Source: an uncultured Gemmatimonadales bacterium
Lineage (GTDB): Bacteria; Gemmatimonadota; Gemmatimonadetes; Gemmatimonadales; Gemmatimonadaceae
NCBI GenBank assembly: GCA_963850905.1
Contig: CAWKMU010000003.1
Span: 2,976,001 to 3,040,000 of the forward strand
Length of the DNA: 64,000 nucleotides
Direction: 5' to 3'
Under the pieces are notes generated by a model, which worked only from the letters and a program-made list of their open reading frames with translations, had not been told where the DNA came from and did not search any database. This document shows, one piece after another, positions 9,026 through 18,892 of the stretch; position 1 is the stretch's first letter; the number at the start of each line of letters is the position of its first letter. The position numbers and the translations under genes are program-made.

Positions 9026-10465
9026 GTGGTAGAGCAGCAGCGCGATCTCGAGGCGCCGCCGCTCGCCGGGTTGGAACGTCCAACGCGTCAGCTGCATCGG
9101 AGCCTCAGCACGCTCGGCAATATTGCGCTGACGCTGTCCGATATCACGCCGAGTGCGTCCCTGCTCGTCGTCGGACCAGTCGTGATCGGGACCGCCGGCA
9201 CGGGGTCCCTCTGGGCCTACCTCATCGGGTGCTTCATCGCACTCAACGTCGCGCTGTGCATGGGCGAGCTCGGCTCGATGTTCCCCGTCGCCGGCGGATT
9301 GTACTCCATCGTCACCCGCGTCCTCGGCCGTCAGGTCGGACTCGTGGCGCTCTTTGATTATGTGGGCCAGGCCGTCTTCCTCCCCGCCAGCATGGCGATC
9401 GGTATCGGGACGTATGTCGCCGCGCTCGACCCGCACCTGCGGGCCAATTGGGTGGCCGCCGCGACGATGATCGCCGTGACACTGTTGGGGTTATTGCGAA
9501 TTCACTTCAACGCGATCATGACCGGCGTCTTCTTGGCCCTCGAGTTGTCGGTCGTCGCGATCCTGTCCCTGGCGGGCATCATCCACCCGCACCAACCGCT
9601 CTCGATCTTGACTCACCCGGTGATGCCGCACGGGGGCGTGCTGACTCCGGTCGCCGCCGGGTTGATCATGACGGCGCTCGCGACAGCGCTGTTTTCCGTA
9701 AACGGGTATGACAGCGCGCTCAACTTCTCCGAGGAGACCCACGGTGCGCCATCACATATCGGCAAGGCGGTCGTCGTGGCAGCGAGCGTTGGGATCATCT
9801 GCGAGCTGGTGCCGTTCTTCTTCGCCCTCATTGGCGCACGCGATCTCCGTGCGGTCCTGGCATCATCGACCCCCTTGACTGATGTAATCGGAGGTGCGTT
9901 CGGTCCGACCGTAGTGACCATCGTGACCGTGGGCGCGATAATCGCGATCTTCAACGCGTCACTCGCCATCACGCTGCAGTTTGCCCGGATCATGTGGTCC
10001 AGTGGACGCGATCGCGCCTGGCCCGAACCGGTCTCGACATGGCTCGTCAGGGTCAATCGGTTTGGCTCGCCCTGGGTGGCCACACTGCTGGTGGGCGGGC
10101 TCGCCACCGTGCTGTGCCTCGAGGGCACCCTGGTGAGTGTGGTGACCTTCACGGCCGTGCTGATCGTGGTGCTCTACGCACTGACCGCAATTGCATCGCT
10201 CTGGACACGCGTGCGAGACCCGGCAGTCCGCCGCCCGTTTCGCATGCCCTTGTGGCCGATTCCGCCCGTCATCTCACTCATCGGCCTCGCCTTCGCGATC
10301 ACGCAGCAGAAGGCCAGCGATCTCTGGACGGTATTCGTGATCTTTTGTATCGCGGCCGTATACTATACGGTCTTCCTGCGCTCGCGATCCGATCGCTATT
10401 GGGTCATGCATGGCGGCGTCGCGGAGACCGATGACCTGGCATCATCCCCAAGCGTGCTGTTGTAG
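9026..10465 (+). CDS. APC-family amino acid/amine permease
   Basis: About 12 TM helices; ELGSMFPVAGGLY, FSEET and RPFRMPLWP motifs; 5 nt downstream of the acetamidase. Confidence 0.9.
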   Translation: MVEQQRDLEAPPLAGLERPTRQLHRSLSTLGNIALTLSDITPSASLLVVGPVVIGTAGTGSLWAYLIGCFIALNVALCMGELGSMFPVAGGLYSIVTRVLGRQVGLVALFDYVGQAVFLPASMAIGIGTYVAALDPHLRANWVAAATMIAVTLLGLLRIHFNAIMTGVFLALELSVVAILSLAGIIHPHQPLSILTHPVMPHGGVLTPVAAGLIMTALATALFSVNGYDSALNFSEETHGAPSHIGKAVVVAASVGIICELVPFFFALIGARDLRAVLASSTPLTDVIGGAFGPTVVTIVTVGAIIAIFNASLAITLQFARIMWSSGRDRAWPEPVSTWLVRVNRFGSPWVATLLVGGLATVLCLEGTLVSVVTFTAVLIVVLYALTAIASLWTRVRDPAVRRPFRMPLWPIPPVISLIGLAFAITQQKASDLWTVFVIFCIAAVYYTVFLRSRSDRYWVMHGGVAETDDLASSPSVLL

Positions 10466-10513
10466 CTCGGCCATCGTGCATCGCCGCGTGGGTCGGCCGG
10501 ACGAGAGCGTCGG

Positions 10514-11215
10514 CTAGGCCTTATCGAGGAGGGTCACGGCGCCCGTCGCGAGGTCATAATAGCCCGCAACGATCCGCACGGTTTTCTGCTTGATGTGCTC
10601 CGCCATCACGGGCGATGACTCGGCGATTATCCGAGCTTGGATCCGGGCGTTCCCTTTGATCGCGGCGTCGAGATCACTCCCCGCCTGGTCGATGGCAGGT
10701 CGTATGTATGTGAAGAGCGTGCTGATCTGACCGGGAACGGGCTCGTTGCCGATCGCGGCCTTGACCGCGCCGCAGGTCGCATGACCCATGACGACGATGA
10801 GCGGGGTGGCAAGCTCGGCCACCGCGTACTCCAGACTCGCGATAATCTCCGCGCTCGCCACGTTCCCGGCGACGCGGGTGACGAACACCCTTCCAATAGT
10901 TTGATCGAAGATCAGTTCCACGGGCACGCGGGAGTCCGCACACGCCAACACGGCCGCGAACGGTTCCTGTTTCTCCACGGTGTCGTGTCTGCGGGCGGCG
11001 AGGTCCTCGCTGCATGACGCTAGGCGCTTACTGACGAACCGGCGGTTGCCGTCCATGAGCTGTGCAAGCGCTTCGTCTGGGGTTGGCGCGACGGCAGGAT
11101 GGATGCGCCCCTCAGGCACCCAGGCGGGATCGCGCAGCCTGAGCGCCACTGCCGTCACTCCAGCGACGCCGTTGGCCAGGAATGAGCGCCTGGACGTCAC
11201 GGCCGTGCTGCGCAT
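10514..11215 (-). CDS. Beta-class carbonic anhydrase with Tat signal
   Basis: SRRSFL twin-arginine motif; CADSRV and GHATCGAV zinc ligands; LMDGNRRF. Confidence 0.92.
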   Translation of the reverse strand: MRSTAVTSRRSFLANGVAGVTAVALRLRDPAWVPEGRIHPAVAPTPDEALAQLMDGNRRFVSKRLASCSEDLAARRHDTVEKQEPFAAVLACADSRVPVELIFDQTIGRVFVTRVAGNVASAEIIASLEYAVAELATPLIVVMGHATCGAVKAAIGNEPVPGQISTLFTYIRPAIDQAGSDLDAAIKGNARIQARIIAESSPVMAEHIKQKTVRIVAGYYDLATGAVTLLDKA

Positions 11216-11480
11216 CGGTTCGCCGGCGCTCTCTCGCTCGATCCGCCGGTCGTTCACGTTCTCCCGCATCCGCTAGCAGGAAAGTCGATCTGGCGCCTGA
11301 CCGCTAGTGCACCTTTGTCTCCACAGGGTCCGTTGCCGCTCGTCCCTTCACGGTGGCCAGTGCCGCCCTAGCGCGCGCTGCGGCGCACGCGTCAGCTCCA
11401 TGCGCCGCAGCGCCCGGATATCGCGGGAGTCAACTGCGGGCCGCAGTTGACCACAGCCAGCATGCCGCCGGGGCTCGGCG

Positions 11481-11960
11481 CTACTGGGCGCGCGTTCCCT
11501 GGATGCGATAATGATGCAACGAGTCGGCGGTCTTGGTGTTGTAGCGGGCGTCCGTCGCCCCGACCAGGTTTCCGCCCTGCAGGCGCCACACCGTGTGAGT
11601 CTTGACCTTGAGTCCCTTGTGCAGCGCGCTCGGATAGGGCCCCCCCTCGGTGATCAGGCTGTCACCAGAGACGGTGGGCCTGACTTTCTCGGGCGCCAGC
11701 TTTCCGCGCACGATCGTCCACCCCGTGTCGCCGCCGGTTGCGGTCAGCACCTCGGTCATCAGCGTGCTGTCCCCGGTCTCGGGCATCACCTTCAGGTTCC
11801 ATTTGCCGGCAACGTCACCGAAGGTCAGGTTGGCTGGCGCGGGTGGTGCGGGTGGCGGCGTCGTTGCGGCCGTTGTGTCCGCAGACGTCGACTTGCCCGA
11901 CTGACCACAGCCGACCAAAAGGATCGCGCAACAGCCGGAAGCAAAAGCGAATCGGCGCAT
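11481..11960 (-). CDS. Hypothetical lipoprotein
   Basis: MRRFAFASGCCAILLVGC lipobox, Pro/Ala linker, beta-rich domain (VAGKWNLK); GGAGA RBS. Confidence 0.75.
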   Translation of the reverse strand: MRRFAFASGCCAILLVGCGQSGKSTSADTTAATTPPPAPPAPANLTFGDVAGKWNLKVMPETGDSTLMTEVLTATGGDTGWTIVRGKLAPEKVRPTVSGDSLITEGGPYPSALHKGLKVKTHTVWRLQGGNLVGATDARYNTKTADSLHHYRIQGTRAQ

Positions 11961-12168
11961 CGGATTCTCCATGTTGGAGGCGGAGCAAACCCCTCTGTCA
12001 CACAAAGAATACCACACCGCGGGGTTTTGCGTCACCGCGCAGTCGTTCGCCCCGCGTCTGCGACACTCCGGGCCTCGATCGCACCCCGCAACAACAGGCC
12101 GATACGGTTCAACACCTGAAGTCGCTATGGCCGGTCTCGTCTCCTTTCTCCTTTCTGCGTTTCTCCTT

Positions 12169-12190
12169 TCTCGGGCGCGGAGCGCCCGCG
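12169..12190 (+). repeat. Dispersed palindromic repeat TCTCGGGCGCG(G/C)AGCGCCCGCG, copy 1
   Basis: 7-bp stem with GNA loop, preceded by a TTTCTCC-rich tract; other copies at 13540 and 61705. Confidence 0.7.
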
Positions 12191-12197
12191 CCGTCCG

Positions 12198-13379
12198 TCA
12201 CATCACGATCTTGAGCACTCGCGACAACAGCTCTTGGGGTGACCAGATCGTGAATACCAGTGGCAGGAGTGGAATCGCGGTCGTCACGGCCAGTGTGACA
12301 ATGTCGTTTCTCGCGAACGGAAAGAGCCGCATGTCTCGGACGACCGAATAGCTCAGGCCGAGCATCGCGAGCGCGTCGACGTCTGGCTCGAACGCGGTGT
12401 TGGTAATCGCAGAGTCAGGGCGACCCCAGTTACGATCGAAGTCTTCCACAAACCGTTGCGCGACGAGCCCGTAGGTCCTCAATCCGCGACGCTTCGTGCG
12501 CGCGAGTTTCGGCGTGAACATCAGAAGGGGGCCGAGCACGACTAGGAGCAGGAAGACCAGAAGGCTGACCGCCGTCGTCCTGAATGACAACAGGCTGTCT
12601 CCACTGTTGATCACTCGGTTGCCAATCAATCCCCCGAGCATGGCGCCCTGAGCGAACAGGATCGGCTGGAAGGCGTAGACGCTGTCGCCCAGAAAAGCCA
12701 CGCCGGCACAATGATCCGGGTGCGTCGGGATGAGATTCAGCCTACCCCTGGAGATCTGCCAGAGAAGGCGAAACCAGATGAAGAGCCGCAGATACCACCG
12801 GAGGAGGATGAACTGGACGATCGGCAGGCTGACCAACACGTACCAAAAGCCGGCCGGGGTCAACTGCCACCCGCCTTGGGGCGTCGAATACCACCGACCG
12901 GCGTCGAGGGCCGTCCAGTTTCTCGAAACGAACACCCCAAACGTGTACACGCAGACCGCGAGGGCGACTTCGAGCGGGACCGAGTTGCGAAGCCTGAGCG
13001 CTGACTCGATCAGACTCTGAAAGCGGGGCAGATCCTCTGGAAGAATGATCCGCCGCTCGACGAACTGACGAATGATGAGCCGCAACCGTGTGTGGACGAT
13101 CAACTCGGACGCAATCAGCACCGGCAGTGCGACGAGCAACCTGACGTGGACATCGACGTCGCGAAGGAATGAGAGCCGTGCGCTTTGGGGGTCAGGCGAC
13201 GCGACCAACACGAGCAAGCATAAGGGCAGCCATGCGAGGCCCGTGATAACGACGATCCGGCAATGCAGCAGCTCCAGGTGATCGCCGGCGATGTGCGCCC
13301 TGCGCAAAAGCTGGAAGGTCGGGCCGCCCAGCACCAAAGAGAAATCAGCTGGTTCCTGAAGGAAATTGGGCTGCGACAT
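12198..13379 (-). CDS. Hypothetical integral membrane protein
   Basis: Several TM segments; FSLVLGGP and L.L.PTHPD..AG..FLG motifs. Start set at MSQPNF. Confidence 0.8.
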   Translation of the reverse strand: MSQPNFLQEPADFSLVLGGPTFQLLRRAHIAGDHLELLHCRIVVITGLAWLPLCLLVLVASPDPQSARLSFLRDVDVHVRLLVALPVLIASELIVHTRLRLIIRQFVERRIILPEDLPRFQSLIESALRLRNSVPLEVALAVCVYTFGVFVSRNWTALDAGRWYSTPQGGWQLTPAGFWYVLVSLPIVQFILLRWYLRLFIWFRLLWQISRGRLNLIPTHPDHCAGVAFLGDSVYAFQPILFAQGAMLGGLIGNRVINSGDSLLSFRTTAVSLLVFLLLVVLGPLLMFTPKLARTKRRGLRTYGLVAQRFVEDFDRNWGRPDSAITNTAFEPDVDALAMLGLSYSVVRDMRLFPFARNDIVTLAVTTAIPLLPLVFTIWSPQELLSRVLKIVM

Positions 13380-13539
13380 CGGCGTGTGCCCACAAGGGAA
13401 ACAAATGAGGCTACGCCAATCGCTCGCCGGGGACCATGCGACCTTGGTTCGTCTTGGTAGGAGACGGGAACTGGAGAAAGGAGACAGCCGCATCTCGGAC
13501 TCGAGGTACGTCGCATTTCTCTTTCCTGAGGTTCTCCTC

Positions 13540-13561
13540 TCTCGGGCGCGCAGCGCCCGCG
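13540..13561 (+). repeat. Dispersed palindromic repeat, copy 2
   Basis: TCTCGGGCGCGCAGCGCCCGCG preceded by a pyrimidine tract. Confidence 0.7.
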
Positions 13562-13703
13562 GTGTGGGTCCTGTAATTGCGGTCGTCACTCCGCGCGCTG
13601 TGGTGCGTATCGGTCGGCGTCGGCCCGCGGAACGGCTGACGCCGTCATTTATAGCGGCGCTTGGCCGCTCGGACCTATCGGGAACGCATGATCCCCGTAG
13701 CTT

Positions 13704-14138
13704 TTGCGCTTCCCTGCGGCCTATTCCACCGAGTCACGATTGCTGCCTCAGACACACCGACCACGAGTACTGTTGGCCGACGACCACCCCGGGATCCTCC
13801 GGGCGCTGCGGCGTACGCTTGACGAATCGTGTGAGATCGTCGGCCAGGTGAGCTCTGGGGGCAAGGTGCTCGAGGCGGTGCAGAGACTCGCCCCTCAGAT
13901 ACTCGTCCTCGATCTCTCAATGCCGGAGGCCAGTGGGTTGGACCTTTGCCCACAGATCCGGGCGGCCCGGCCCGACACGAAGATCATTGTGCTGACGGCA
14001 TTCGACGATGCCGATATGCGGGCAGAAGCTCTGCGTCGGGGAGCGTCGGCCCTCGTGCTCAAGAATCTGTTGGCGGTGGATTTGGTCACATGCATCCACC
14101 AGGTTCTGGATGGAGACACGCCGAGCGCCGATGGCTGA
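13704..14138 (+). CDS. Single-domain response regulator (NarL-like receiver only)
   Basis: RVLLADDH, LVLDLSMP..SGL, IIVLT and LVLK motifs; no output domain; start uncertain. Confidence 0.85.
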   Translation: MRFPAAYSTESRLLPQTHRPRVLLADDHPGILRALRRTLDESCEIVGQVSSGGKVLEAVQRLAPQILVLDLSMPEASGLDLCPQIRAARPDTKIIVLTAFDDADMRAEALRRGASALVLKNLLAVDLVTCIHQVLDGDTPSADG

Positions 14139-14145
14139 GAGCGGA

Positions 14146-15951
14146 TCACGCCGCCGTTGTCTCCTGCGTTGCGCCATCCACTTCTGCCTCGGCCGTCACT
14201 TCGGTTCCCACTCCTGGGCGTGAGCGAACGAGCAGGTGTCCTCCGAGGAGTCGCAAGCGCTCGCGCATGGTCGCGAGGCCGAGGCCCGTTGCAGGAGACG
14301 CCAGGTCGAAGCCGGCACCGTTGTCTCGGACCGTCATCTTCAGCTTCGCATCGACCTGGGTGACTTTCACCTCCACCCGGCTGGCGCCGCTATGCCTGAT
14401 CGCGTTGCTCAATGCTTCTTGTGCCACGCGATAGAAGGCGAGTGCCTTGTCACGAGACAGTCGCAAGCGGTCACCATCGACTGCGAGTTCGACTGCCAAC
14501 CCGTGCTGTGTGGACACGTGCTCGCAGAGATCCCGAAGCGCCACCGACAAGCCGAGCAACTCTAGCTTGCTAGAATGAAGTTGGTGCGACAGCTGTCGAA
14601 CGGCAGTGATGATCTCCGTGAGCTGCTGGACCTGCTCATGCGTGGCATGGCGAGTCGCCCACTCGCTGATCGGCAACCCGCGCTCCAGGGCAGTGAGGTC
14701 CAATGCAACGAGCGACAGCCGCTGCAGGACGTCGTCGTGCAGCTCGCGCGCAATCCGCCTGCGTTCTTCTTCACCCGCACTGATCAGCCGGCCGCTCAAC
14801 TCCTGGACGGTCGAATCCGCGTTCTTGCGCTTGCGTCGCTCGACGAGCAGCGCCGCGATGACGCCGAGCAGGATAGCCATGGCCAGCAGTACCGCTACGA
14901 TCTGCCGATGATATCGCTCCCAGAGGGAGGGTGTGCGGAACTGGATCACCGTACCGGCCGGCAAACTGCTGGTCGGTATTCCCCATCGCTGCAGCTGTCG
15001 CCAATCCACGATGGCCTTCGGCGCGGGAGTTTGCTCGACTGGTAAACCGGTGGCCGTTCCTCGTTCCAGTACCTGCAGTGCCAGTTTGACGCTCTGGTCT
15101 GCAAGCCCATCCAAGTCGACTACGGCCCCCCCAACGATGCCGCAGTCCAGATAGGTGCTGGCGACCCCGTACACCGGGACGTTGGACGCTGATGCGATGA
15201 GCGGACAAATCCGCGCTGGCGCGAAGGTCTGTCCGCTCGCGTCCTGGTACAGGCCCGCATAGAGAATGATGCTGTGCGCGGGCAACTCACCAACTCTCTT
15301 GAGGAGATCCGACAGCGACAGGTGGTCGAGGTACGTGAACTCGACCCTGCCCGCGAAGCGCGCGAAATCGGGCTCGGCAAAACCGCGCCAGCTCTCCACG
15401 TCCGGACGAGTCTCGCCAACGTAAAATACCCGCCGGGTCTCGGGCATGAGTCGCAATGCCAGGTCGACCGTTGGCGCGAAGTCCATTCTGAACGCAATCC
15501 CCGTCATGTTCGGCGGCAACCGTGCAGGGAGCTCGCGATTCCGCACGAAGTCAAATACCTCGGCGGCTCCTGGCCACAACGTCGCCCCGCGGTGGAGGAA
15601 GAAGGTCAGCGCGAACCGGCCTTCGGTCACGACCAGGTCCATTTTCTTGCCGGCGTATTTCTTGGCGAGTAATGTCGCAAGGTGGTCTTCGCTAGTGTCT
15701 AGCCGGAGCTGGTCGACGTAATCCTCAAAGACTTGATACTTCGTCTCTGATGCAAAGACTTTGTGCAGGGCGGCGGAATAGATGATGTTCGCCGGATAAT
15801 TCGCGTTTCCGTCGTGGATGATCAGCACGTTCTTCGCAACCTGCGCGCGCAGCGAGGTGGCAAAGAGCGCAGCGGCGGTCGCGGAGAGTCCGATGCGTCG
15901 GATGGTGGCCCGCCGCTTCAAACGCCACTGATGGTTCATCCTATGGGCCAT
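14146..15951 (-). CDS. Sensor histidine kinase (HisKA_3) with periplasmic ABC substrate-binding-like domain
   Basis: Signal peptide, periplasmic domain (DWRQLQRWGI), TM helix, ERRRIARELHDD H-box, QEALSNAIRHS, DNGAGF and GLGLATMRER. Confidence 0.9.
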   Translation of the reverse strand: MAHRMNHQWRLKRRATIRRIGLSATAAALFATSLRAQVAKNVLIIHDGNANYPANIIYSAALHKVFASETKYQVFEDYVDQLRLDTSEDHLATLLAKKYAGKKMDLVVTEGRFALTFFLHRGATLWPGAAEVFDFVRNRELPARLPPNMTGIAFRMDFAPTVDLALRLMPETRRVFYVGETRPDVESWRGFAEPDFARFAGRVEFTYLDHLSLSDLLKRVGELPAHSIILYAGLYQDASGQTFAPARICPLIASASNVPVYGVASTYLDCGIVGGAVVDLDGLADQSVKLALQVLERGTATGLPVEQTPAPKAIVDWRQLQRWGIPTSSLPAGTVIQFRTPSLWERYHRQIVAVLLAMAILLGVIAALLVERRKRKNADSTVQELSGRLISAGEEERRRIARELHDDVLQRLSLVALDLTALERGLPISEWATRHATHEQVQQLTEIITAVRQLSHQLHSSKLELLGLSVALRDLCEHVSTQHGLAVELAVDGDRLRLSRDKALAFYRVAQEALSNAIRHSGASRVEVKVTQVDAKLKMTVRDNGAGFDLASPATGLGLATMRERLRLLGGHLLVRSRPGVGTEVTAEAEVDGATQETTAA

Positions 15952-16149
15952 CGGAGAATCGCCTCTCTGGTGGTGTTCCGCCTCGTGCACTGTGCGTCGA
16001 CCGCAACGAACCTGCTGCGACAGGCCGCCGAGCGCCAGGACGCGGCGGATGCTATGTTCTGCCCCTTCTTACTGCTCCCTGCGCTCGTAGTCTTTTGGGC
16101 GCGTCGGCACCTGCCCCTGACCCGGAATTCAGCCTCGAGGATCAACGCC

Positions 16150-17601
16150 GTGCGCCTGTCTCGGACCCTCTCGTCGGCCCTGCTAGCAGCGGGCACCCTG
16201 CACGCCCCCGTCACCATAGCCCAGTCTGCTGCCTCGATCTCGGACACGACTCGGGCGTATGTCTCCGTCAGCGCGCCGGTCATCGCGCTCACGCACGCCA
16301 TCATCCTCGACGGGACGGGATCTGCCCCGAAGGCTGACCAGACGATCGTCATCCGCGACGGCAAGATCGCGCAGGTCGGACCCGCAGGCACCCTGCAAGC
16401 GCCAGCCGGCGCGCAGGTGATGGATCTGCACGGGCAAACGGTGATCCCCGGCATCGTCGGGATGCACGATCACCTGTTCTACACCGCTGCGGGGGGACGA
16501 CGCACCTTGCTCTGGTTTACCGGGCCGCGCCTGTATCTGGGTGCCGGTGTGACCACGATTCGGACCACGGGCGCCATGGCGCCATATGCCGACATCAACA
16601 CCAAGGATGCGGTCGACAAAGGTCGGTCACCGGGGCCGCACATCGTCATCACATCACCCTACATCACGGGTCCGACCGAATCGTCCGACATGACGGTCCG
16701 CGAGCGCCTCGTGACGCCAGAGCAGTCCCGCCGCTTCGTGGACTACTGGGTCGAGGAGGGCGCGACGTGGATCAAGGCATACACCGACATCCACCGCGCC
16801 GAGCTCAAAGCCGTGATCGATGAGGCGCATCGACGGGGGATCAAGGTCACTGGCCACCTCTGCTCGGTGTCCTACAGCGAGGCTGTCGACCTTGGGATCG
16901 ACAACCTGGAGCATGGGTACCTGACGGCGACGGACTTCGATCCGACCAAGCAGCCCGACGTCTGCCCGGTCGGAAGCACCTCCCGCGTGGCGGGGTCGGA
17001 TCCGAGTTCGGACCGTGCGCAGGCGGTCATCAAGAAGATGGTGGACCACAAGGTACCCATGACGTCCACGCTGTCGGTGTTCGAGTCCATGTTCCCCAAC
17101 AGGCCGGTCACCGATCAGCGGACTCTCGATGCCATGTCTCCGGAAGTCCGACAAGCGTACCTGAGGCTGCGCGCTCACATCGACTCAGGTCCGGCCGTGA
17201 AATGGGTGTATACGCCGGACATGCTGAAGAACGCGATGACGTTCGAGCGCGAATTCGTGGCCGGCGGCGGGATGCTTGCCGTCGGCGTCGATCCGACCGG
17301 CATTGGTGGTGCGCTGCCAGGATTCGGCGACCAGCGCAACTACGAGCTCTTGATCGAGGCGGGCTTCACCTCACCACAAGTCATTCAGTTCATGACATCC
17401 AATGGCGCGAGGATCCTCGGCGCCTCCGACCGGATTGGCTCGATTGCGGTCGGCAAGAACGCTGACCTCGTCGTCTTGAATGGGAACTTGCCGTCAGACC
17501 CGTCGGTCATCCGGAATGTCACGACGGTATTCAAGGATGGCATCGGCTACGACTCCCCCAAGCTGATCGCGTCGGTCAAAGGACGGGTCGGGATCGACTG
17601 A
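16150..17601 (+). CDS. Secreted amidohydrolase-superfamily protein
   Basis: PGIVGMHDH, GVTTIRT, WIKAY, TGHL, LEHG and GKNADLV motifs. Start set at GTG 16150 before the signal peptide. Confidence 0.88.
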   Translation: MRLSRTLSSALLAAGTLHAPVTIAQSAASISDTTRAYVSVSAPVIALTHAIILDGTGSAPKADQTIVIRDGKIAQVGPAGTLQAPAGAQVMDLHGQTVIPGIVGMHDHLFYTAAGGRRTLLWFTGPRLYLGAGVTTIRTTGAMAPYADINTKDAVDKGRSPGPHIVITSPYITGPTESSDMTVRERLVTPEQSRRFVDYWVEEGATWIKAYTDIHRAELKAVIDEAHRRGIKVTGHLCSVSYSEAVDLGIDNLEHGYLTATDFDPTKQPDVCPVGSTSRVAGSDPSSDRAQAVIKKMVDHKVPMTSTLSVFESMFPNRPVTDQRTLDAMSPEVRQAYLRLRAHIDSGPAVKWVYTPDMLKNAMTFEREFVAGGGMLAVGVDPTGIGGALPGFGDQRNYELLIEAGFTSPQVIQFMTSNGARILGASDRIGSIAVGKNADLVVLNGNLPSDPSVIRNVTTVFKDGIGYDSPKLIASVKGRVGID

Positions 17602-17691
17602 GTTAACTGGCGCGTTGGCGTCGCGTGGCGATAATCTTGGGCGCGCCCCGAGAGGGTGCAATCACACGTCCCCCCCGCCAGGAGTCAGTCG

Positions 17692-18414
17692 ATGTCCTTT
17701 GCGAATGAGACCGGCAGTCGCCGCGATTTTCTCGGACAGCTGGCGACTGCCGGAGCTGTTCTGGCTGCCGGTGCGTGCGCGACTACGGGGACCCACCCGT
17801 CGGCCGATCCCACGCCAGTCGCTACCACGGCGACTTCCGCGTCTGGTCCCGATCACGACCCTGAGAAGGACAACTCTTGGGACATGTCGTGGACCACACG
17901 GATCACGGGGCGACACAAACAGGTCTACGACATCAGCACGCTCGGCGATGGCGGAGGCCTCCGGACGATCCGGAACTATCTCAACGCCTATCGCGACGTC
18001 TTCAGGCTCAACCCTCCGGATGTCACTGCCGTCGCCGCCATGATCAGCTCGGGCCACATCAACTTCAATGACGCGATCTGGGCCAAGTATGGGTTTGGCG
18101 AGGACACCAAGACCAAAGAGCCGCACGGCGATGCGTGGACGACACGCAATATCTTCCGCACCGCCGAGGCCGGCGACCCGATGGCGGACCACACCGTGGA
18201 AGCGCTCCAGGCTCGTGGCGTCATCTTCTGGCAGTGCAACAATGCGCTGAAAGGCCTCACACGCCACTTGGCAACCAAGATGCAAATGCCGCCCGAAGCC
18301 GTCAGAGCAGAACTGATCGCTGGATTGCTTCCGGGTGTTTACCTCGTGCCAGCGCATACGATGGCGATTGGCCTCGCGCAGGAGCACGGCTGCACCTACG
18401 AAGCCCTCTCATAG
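17692..18414 (+). CDS. Tat-exported (lipo)protein, DsrE-like domain
   Basis: SRRDFL...AGAC signal; LQARGVIFWQCNNAL and LVPA...AQEHGCTY motifs. Confidence 0.75.
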   Translation: MSFANETGSRRDFLGQLATAGAVLAAGACATTGTHPSADPTPVATTATSASGPDHDPEKDNSWDMSWTTRITGRHKQVYDISTLGDGGGLRTIRNYLNAYRDVFRLNPPDVTAVAAMISSGHINFNDAIWAKYGFGEDTKTKEPHGDAWTTRNIFRTAEAGDPMADHTVEALQARGVIFWQCNNALKGLTRHLATKMQMPPEAVRAELIAGLLPGVYLVPAHTMAIGLAQEHGCTYEALS

Positions 18415-18428
18415 CGGACCGCCCCATT

Positions 18429-18890
18429 ATGAAACGCCTCCTTCCCATCGCGTGGGTGGTCCTGCTCTCGTGGCCCGCCCGCTCCGCGCCAGCGCCGGGC
18501 GACGACCCTCGTGATCTCATGCCGAAGATCATGCACGCGTGGGACGACTTGGATCCGGCCAAGGCGGCGCCGTACTATGCGAAGGATCCGGATCTCGTGT
18601 TCTACGACGATTCGCCGCTCAAATACACGGGGTGGGAGGCATACGCCCAGGGCGTCCGCAAGGAGTTCGCTGGGTACAAGTCCTTTGCGACCACGCTCGA
18701 GAATGACGTATCGGTCCATACGGTGGGCGACAACTTTGCGTGGGGGACGGCTACCTGGCGCGCAGACGCGGTGAAACGCGATGGGTCGACGGAGACGGTT
18801 TACGGCCGGTGGACGGTCTTGTTCGAGAAGCGAGCGGGGAAGTGGCTGATTGTCCACGAACACGTCTCGGTGCCGGCCCCGGAGGACTGA
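18429..18890 (+). CDS. Secreted NTF2/SnoaL-like protein
   Basis: Signal peptide; GRWTVLFEKRAGKWLIVHEHVS C-terminal motif. Confidence 0.85.
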   Translation: MKRLLPIAWVVLLSWPARSAPAPGDDPRDLMPKIMHAWDDLDPAKAAPYYAKDPDLVFYDDSPLKYTGWEAYAQGVRKEFAGYKSFATTLENDVSVHTVGDNFAWGTATWRADAVKRDGSTETVYGRWTVLFEKRAGKWLIVHEHVSVPAPED

Positions 18891-18892
18891 GT

